Part shown: positions 27,385 to 32,000 of the stretch, one piece after another
Numbering within the stretch: the first letter of the stretch is position 1
Layout of the letters: every line of letters begins with the position of its first letter
Source: Candidatus Heimdallarchaeota archaeon
GTDB taxonomy: Archaea; Asgardarchaeota; Heimdallarchaeia; JABLTI01
Reading direction: 5' to 3'
DNA length: 32,000 nt
Assembly (NCBI GenBank): GCA_030614005.1
Contig: JAUWKS010000028.1
Location: forward strand, 10,087 to 42,086
The notes under the pieces: model-generated
Databases searched by the model: none
What the model was told of the DNA's origin: nothing
The model's input: only the letters and a program-made list of their open reading frames with translations
Position numbers and translations under genes: made by a program

Positions 27385-27568
27385 GGTTGAAACCTGTATG
27401 TTTTCACACCGTGATAAAAGAACATTTAAACCTATTTTTCTAGCTGATAATGTAACTGTATTTTATCTTGAAAATCTAAGAAGAGAATGTGAATATTGTA
27501 CGTTTGATTAATGTTTTAAACAAGAAAATATAAGAATATAGAAAAAATAAAAATTAGAACATCAATGA

Positions 27569-27877
27569 GTGTTTCCTTTGCCAGCACATGAACGAATTAC
27601 TTACCGAATAACTATTGATGCAACTCTCTGTAACGGTTGTAATAATTGTACAACTGCATGCCCAGTAAATGCTGTTCTGGGTGAAGATGAGCGCTTCGAT
27701 ACTGAAGAGGATCCCAGAGTAATAGCGATAAAAAATGGTGTCGCTGTAGTAATTAATCCCTTTAGATGTGATGGCGACGGAGTTTGTATGATTGTTTGTC
27801 CACAAAATTGCATTTCTATTGAGTTTATTCCCTTAGATGAGTACGTTGAAGTTGAACAAGAAACTTCTAAAACTTAA
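27569..27877 (+). CDS. 2[4Fe-4S] ferredoxin (FwdG-like)
   Basis: CNGCNNCTTACP and the variant CDGDGVCMIVCP. Start codon uncertain. Confidence 0.85.
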   Translation: MFPLPAHERITYRITIDATLCNGCNNCTTACPVNAVLGEDERFDTEEDPRVIAIKNGVAVVINPFRCDGDGVCMIVCPQNCISIEFIPLDEYVEVEQETSKT

Positions 27878-27919
27878 TATTACCCTTATCATTAAATCTA
27901 GAATTATTGAGGTAAAAAA

Positions 27920-28693
27920 ATGACACGAGTGTCCTCTGTTAAAAGAAAAATGCATTTAGTTACAACAGAACGGAAGGATCGCTACGATAAGACCTCTCTT
28001 ATATTAGATCTTGAGAAATGCACTGGTTGTAATCTTTGTTGGACTATTTGTCCAAGATATGCTATTGAGCGTGGACCAATTGGAGCATCTTTAAGGGATC
28101 GTGTAATTGCTCCACCAATAAGAATCAATTACCACAAGTGTGTTTTTTGTGGTTTGTGTGCTTATATTTGCCCATTTGATGCTCTATCCTTAATTGTAAA
28201 TGATAAACCAGCAGAGAAAATAAAAAGTGGAGTATCTATTCCCTTTCTTAAAGGACACAAAATAAAAGTGAGTAGAACAGGTTATACTGCACTCAAATTT
28301 ATTGATGGAGAAATATCAGTTGATGATGATGAATGCCCTGGAGGGTGTTCAACATGTATCGATGTTTGTCCCGTTGAATGTCTTACTCTTCCAGTATCAT
28401 CTAAAGAGAAACCTTGGGAAAAAGTGCCAAAAATTGCTGTGGATAGAGATAAGTGCCTATTCTGTGGTGCTTGCCTATTTGCTTGCCCGGCAAATGGTGC
28501 TGTTAAATTAGAGCGAACTGAAATTAAGTGTAGTGAGGAAGGTTCTGAGAGCAAAATATGGAAAAATCTAGAAGCAAAATTGAAAAAACCAGTACAATCT
28601 CGAGACTGGTTCTATGAAGAAAGAGTAAAAACAGCTCCTGGCGGTGGACGAAAATTAGCTCCAAAAAGAAAACAACTAAAGGAACAAAAATAA
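27920..28693 (+). CDS. Polyferredoxin with four [4Fe-4S] motifs (FwdF-like)
   Basis: CTGCNLCWTICP, CVFCGLCAYICP, CPGGCSTCIDVCP and CLFCGACLFACP. The ancestral stop is probably TGA at 28655-28657 (see findings). Confidence 0.9.
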   Translation: MTRVSSVKRKMHLVTTERKDRYDKTSLILDLEKCTGCNLCWTICPRYAIERGPIGASLRDRVIAPPIRINYHKCVFCGLCAYICPFDALSLIVNDKPAEKIKSGVSIPFLKGHKIKVSRTGYTALKFIDGEISVDDDECPGGCSTCIDVCPVECLTLPVSSKEKPWEKVPKIAVDRDKCLFCGACLFACPANGAVKLERTEIKCSEEGSESKIWKNLEAKLKKPVQSRDWFYEERVKTAPGGGRKLAPKRKQLKEQK

Positions 28694-30414
28694 TTAACGG
28701 TTATCTTGTCGATCCCGCTAACGGAATTACAGGGGAGAAAAAAGACGTTTTTGTTATCGATGGGAAAATTGCAGAGGAAAGTGAATTTCGTTCTGATATA
28801 AAAATCAAGGTGATAGATGCTTCAGGTAAAGTTGTTATGCCTGGTGGAGTTGATATTCACGCTCATATTGCTGGTCCTAAAGTAAACTCTGGAAGGTTGC
28901 TTCGACCAGAAGACCATATTATTGATCCGCTAAAAAAGACAGCTGTAGCTCGTTCAGGAACGGGACGATCTGTTCCATCGACATACTACACAGGATACGC
29001 TTATGCTCGTTTAGGATATACTTTTGCTATGGAACCTGCAATGCCTCCTCTTGAAGCTCGGCATACTCATGAAGAGTTAATGGATATTCCGATTATTGAT
29101 AAAGGCGCCTATACTCTCTTAGGAAGCAATTGGTTTGTCCTAGAACGCATCAGTGAAATGAATAAAGATGAAATGGCTGCTTTTGTTGCTTGGTTGCTCA
29201 AAGCATCCGGTGGATATTCTATCAAATTGGTAAATCCAGGTGGAGAAGAAACTTGGGCCTGGGGAAAGAATGTTCATACTTTAGATGATCTAGTGGGGTC
29301 ATTCAAAGCAACTCCAAGAAAAATTATCAAAACATTGGCAGCAGTAAATGAGCGATTATCATTACCTCAAACAATTCATTTGCATACCAATAATTTGGGT
29401 ATTCCTGGCAATCATGATGTAACTTTGGAAACTATGAATGCAGTAAAAGGCATTAAGCCAGGAAAAGGTCGAAAAACAAATATGCATTTAACTCACATTC
29501 AATTTTCTTCTTATGGTGGTAAGGGCTGGAATGATTTCTGTTCTGAAGCGCCAGAAATCGCACATTATATCAATAAGAATGATCATGTTTCTTGTGATGT
29601 CGGTCAAATTATCTTTACTAATACTACAACAATGACTGCAGATGGTGCTTGGGAATGGACTTTGCGAGGAATAACTGAACATTTAGCTTGGTCCCCACGT
29701 TCTGGTTCAAAATGGATGAACACCCAAGTGGAACTTGAATCTAGCTCTGGTGTAGTGCCATATATCTTTAGAAGAAAAAATCCAGTAAATGCGGTTCAAT
29801 GGGCAATTGGGTTAGAATTTCTCTTAATGATTAAAGATCTAAACAAAGTAAATATTTCAACAGATCATCCAAACGGTGGTCCATTCACTTTCTATCCAAC
29901 AATTTTCAGTTGGCTAATGAGTAAAGAGGCTCGAGATAGAATGCTCTCGAGAACTGATAAAGCAGCGAAAGAAAAAACATCTTTAGCTGAACTTACTCGT
30001 GAATTTTCTCTGGCAGAAATTGCTCAAGTAAGTAGAGTTAGTGCTTCAAAAATACTCGGATTAAAAAATAAAGGTCATTTAGGCATCGGCGCTGATGCAG
30101 ATATTGCTATCTATGATTTCAAAGCTCCATTGAATGAGCTAAATAAGAATTACAAAGCCGTGGAAAAAGGATTTGCAAAAGCTGCTTATACAATTAAAGA
30201 TGGAGAATTAGTTCTTAAGGATGGAGAAATTGTCTCAAGTCCATTCGGTAGAACTTTTCGCGTTGAAGCAAACATCCCTGAAGATTGGACTCTTCAAATA
30301 AGAGATGCAATTGAGGATCGATTCAGAAAGCATTATACAGTAAGCTTAGCAAATTATGCTGTCCAAAAAGAATATTTCCCAAATGAGGAATTAATCACAA
30401 CTGAACCCCGATAA
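28654..30414 (+). CDS. fwdA: Formylmethanofuran dehydrogenase subunit A (binuclear amidohydrolase)
   Basis: DIHAHIAG, SIKLVNPGG, HLHTNNLG, HIQF and STDHPNGG. The conserved N-terminal KIINGYLVDPANG...DGKI lies upstream of the track's GTG 28810. The frame is open from 28618 with no ATG/GTG/TTG; ATT 28654 follows GGTGG. Confidence 0.95.
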   Translation: MSSKKKTTKGTKIINGYLVDPANGITGEKKDVFVIDGKIAEESEFRSDIKIKVIDASGKVVMPGGVDIHAHIAGPKVNSGRLLRPEDHIIDPLKKTAVARSGTGRSVPSTYYTGYAYARLGYTFAMEPAMPPLEARHTHEELMDIPIIDKGAYTLLGSNWFVLERISEMNKDEMAAFVAWLLKASGGYSIKLVNPGGEETWAWGKNVHTLDDLVGSFKATPRKIIKTLAAVNERLSLPQTIHLHTNNLGIPGNHDVTLETMNAVKGIKPGKGRKTNMHLTHIQFSSYGGKGWNDFCSEAPEIAHYINKNDHVSCDVGQIIFTNTTTMTADGAWEWTLRGITEHLAWSPRSGSKWMNTQVELESSSGVVPYIFRRKNPVNAVQWAIGLEFLLMIKDLNKVNISTDHPNGGPFTFYPTIFSWLMSKEARDRMLSRTDKAAKEKTSLAELTREFSLAEIAQVSRVSASKILGLKNKGHLGIGADADIAIYDFKAPLNELNKNYKAVEKGFAKAAYTIKDGELVLKDGEIVSSPFGRTFRVEANIPEDWTLQIRDAIEDRFRKHYTVSLANYAVQKEYFPNEELITTEPR

Positions 30415-30420
30415 AATTAT

Positions 30421-31260
30421 TTGGTGGATAAAATGAAGCAATTTATACTGACTCAAAAAAAACCAGTAATTAATCCCAATATTCCAATCGAAGCCGATGT
30501 AATATCTCCTGATATTTTTGCAAAGAAGAGTATTGAGGAGATAAAGAAATTAATAATCTGGCGTGGGAACAGACAATTAGCTCTCGAAGAAATTTTTAGC
30601 TTATCAGGTGAGGAACACGCAGGAGACTCTCCAGCAGAAATTGAAATATTACTCACAGGTGAATTATCAAAGTATAAGCATATTGGAGAAAAAATGTCTG
30701 AAGGCAAAATTACTATTAAAAGTTCAATTGGAATGCATTTAGGTTCACTCATGTCTGGAGGTAAAATTGTCGTAGAAGGCGATACACACGATTTTGCAGG
30801 TGCAAATATGACTGGGGGAGAAATTCACATTCAAGGTAATGCGGGACATTATTTAGGTGGATCAATGAGAGGAAATTGGCGTGGGATGAGTGGTGGTAAA
30901 ATCAAAGTAGATGGCAATGTATTGAATGAGTGCGGTATTTGGATGCGAAAAGGTATTATTGAAATCGCTGGTTCCGCGACAATGTTTCTAGGGATGCATC
31001 TGCACAGAGGAACAATTATTGTCCATGGAGATGTTATTGAAAGAGCTGGAGCAGAGATGACAGGTGGAGAGATAATTATTTTAGGAAAATTACATAAAAA
31101 TCTTCCATCTTTTGAATTCAAAGAAACAATTGATGAATTACCTATTGAAGGGTATGGAACAATTAAAGGTCCCTTTTTAGTGTTTGTTGGAGATTATGCT
31201 GAAAGAAAACAAGGGAAAATGTTTCTGCTTAAAAAGAAGAATGAACATCTAATCGATTGA
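30421..31260 (+). CDS. fwdC: Formylmethanofuran dehydrogenase subunit C
   Basis: IPIEADVISPD, WRGNRQ, GxxMxGG beta-helix repeats and GDYAE..QG. The start may be GTG 30424 or ATG 30433. Confidence 0.96.
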   Translation: MVDKMKQFILTQKKPVINPNIPIEADVISPDIFAKKSIEEIKKLIIWRGNRQLALEEIFSLSGEEHAGDSPAEIEILLTGELSKYKHIGEKMSEGKITIKSSIGMHLGSLMSGGKIVVEGDTHDFAGANMTGGEIHIQGNAGHYLGGSMRGNWRGMSGGKIKVDGNVLNECGIWMRKGIIEIAGSATMFLGMHLHRGTIIVHGDVIERAGAEMTGGEIIILGKLHKNLPSFEFKETIDELPIEGYGTIKGPFLVFVGDYAERKQGKMFLLKKKNEHLID

Positions 31261-31263
31261 TTA

Positions 31264-31989
31264 TCATTTCCCAGTAAAAACACTTCTTGAAGCAACATCA
31301 TATACTGTTTCTAGTAAGTTAAGATTATCAATATCTTGGTTGAAATTGATTTTTCCATCAATATTAACTTCTAGATCTAAAACAAAATTAACTTCTTTAA
31401 TTTGTAATTTGATTTGGTGACTTTTTGGTTTGTAAGTTTTAAGCGTGAATAAAAACATTTTATCATTGTGAGTAATTACCTCTAAATTTCCTGCGAGATA
31501 ATCACTGAGGGCTAAATCATTAACGGTTAAAGTTTTAGGAATAACTTTTAATCTCGTTTTTGATAATTTCAAATAAAATTTTTCTAAATCCATTTCACAA
31601 GGAGAAAATCGTAGGTTTATTTTCTTACTTAAGAAATCTATCGCTTTTTTAATTTGAGATGGTTTTCCGGCAAACAAACAGAGGTAAATGCCTGCCGGTG
31701 TTTCCAAATCTGTTGGGGGATCGAGTATCTTTATTTTTATTGCTTCATAAATAACCATGTTTTCTGACCGCATAGATGGAAGAGTTCTATGTGGGAAAAA
31801 GAATCTTTTTTCGGTCATTCGGTAATATTTGCCTTGGAAATAACTACTTGCTAATGGATCAAAGGTAATAAAATCAGTATCAATTGAAGGATCACCAAAG
31901 TCTATGCTTGCAAACTGCTCATCTGTGAGATGTTCTTCTCCTACTAAATATCCCCAGAAAAGACTTATAGTATTCATATTATTATCCAC
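31264..31989 (-). CDS. Hypothetical protein
   Basis: 241 aa ORF convergent with fwdC. No motif recognised. Confidence 0.7.
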   Translation of the reverse strand: MDNNMNTISLFWGYLVGEEHLTDEQFASIDFGDPSIDTDFITFDPLASSYFQGKYYRMTEKRFFFPHRTLPSMRSENMVIYEAIKIKILDPPTDLETPAGIYLCLFAGKPSQIKKAIDFLSKKINLRFSPCEMDLEKFYLKLSKTRLKVIPKTLTVNDLALSDYLAGNLEVITHNDKMFLFTLKTYKPKSHQIKLQIKEVNFVLDLEVNIDGKINFNQDIDNLNLLETVYDVASRSVFTGK

Positions 31990-32000
31990 TCAAATACTCT

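Noticed and set aside
28655-28693. Programmed -1 frameshift producing a polyferredoxin-FwdA fusion at the A-rich CAA AAA TAA
   Set aside because: It is possible, but there is no canonical X XXY YYZ slippery site or stimulatory structure. The ATGA-overlap explanation needs only one base and has a well-placed RBS.
208-31121. Numerous short ORFs in the track (e.g. 208-429, 5845-6066, 20930-21478, 24636-24959, 27233-27511, 28282-28554, 30453-30752, 30849-31121)
   Set aside because: They overlap well-supported genes antisense or out of frame, lack RBS or motifs, and have shadow-like composition.
1-32000. CRISPR array, cas genes, transposase or integrase
   Set aside because: No regularly spaced DNA repeats with unique spacers and no recognisable recombinase motifs. 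The only periodic repeat is the in-frame protein-coding one at 24238-24390.

Overview
This is an AT-rich archaeal chromosomal window, almost certainly from an Asgard archaeon. That is inferred from the co-occurrence of archaeal housekeeping genes (rpoK/rpo6, rps17e, a beta-CASP RNase, an intron-containing tRNA-Ile(GAT)) with several eukaryotic-signature proteins: an ESCRT-II Vps22/36-like EAP30 protein, a longin-like protein, two tandem Rab-like GTPases, two tandem OSTC/DC2-like oligosaccharyltransferase subunits and an ERG2/sigma-1-receptor homologue. The right end holds a divergently transcribed formylmethanofuran dehydrogenase cluster (fwdD-fwdB on minus; ferredoxin, polyferredoxin, fwdA, fwdC on plus). 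Two ATP-grasp ligases, one MfnD-like, lie further left. An accessory region beside the tRNA contains a degenerate copy of the tRNA 3' end that brackets a ~1.3 kb integrase-less islet. Three apparent single-base lesions were found by hand: a frameshift in a tandem GNAT gene, a frameshift in the first OSTC copy, and a G>T change at an ATGA overlap that would remove both the fwdA start and the polyferredoxin stop. The most novel-looking candidate is a membrane-anchored protein (23509-25038) whose predicted cytoplasmic acidic linker carries three IPDIPD motifs spaced exactly 17 aa apart, resembling Vps4-binding MIM2 motifs. All family calls come from motif recognition by eye; no database searches were run.
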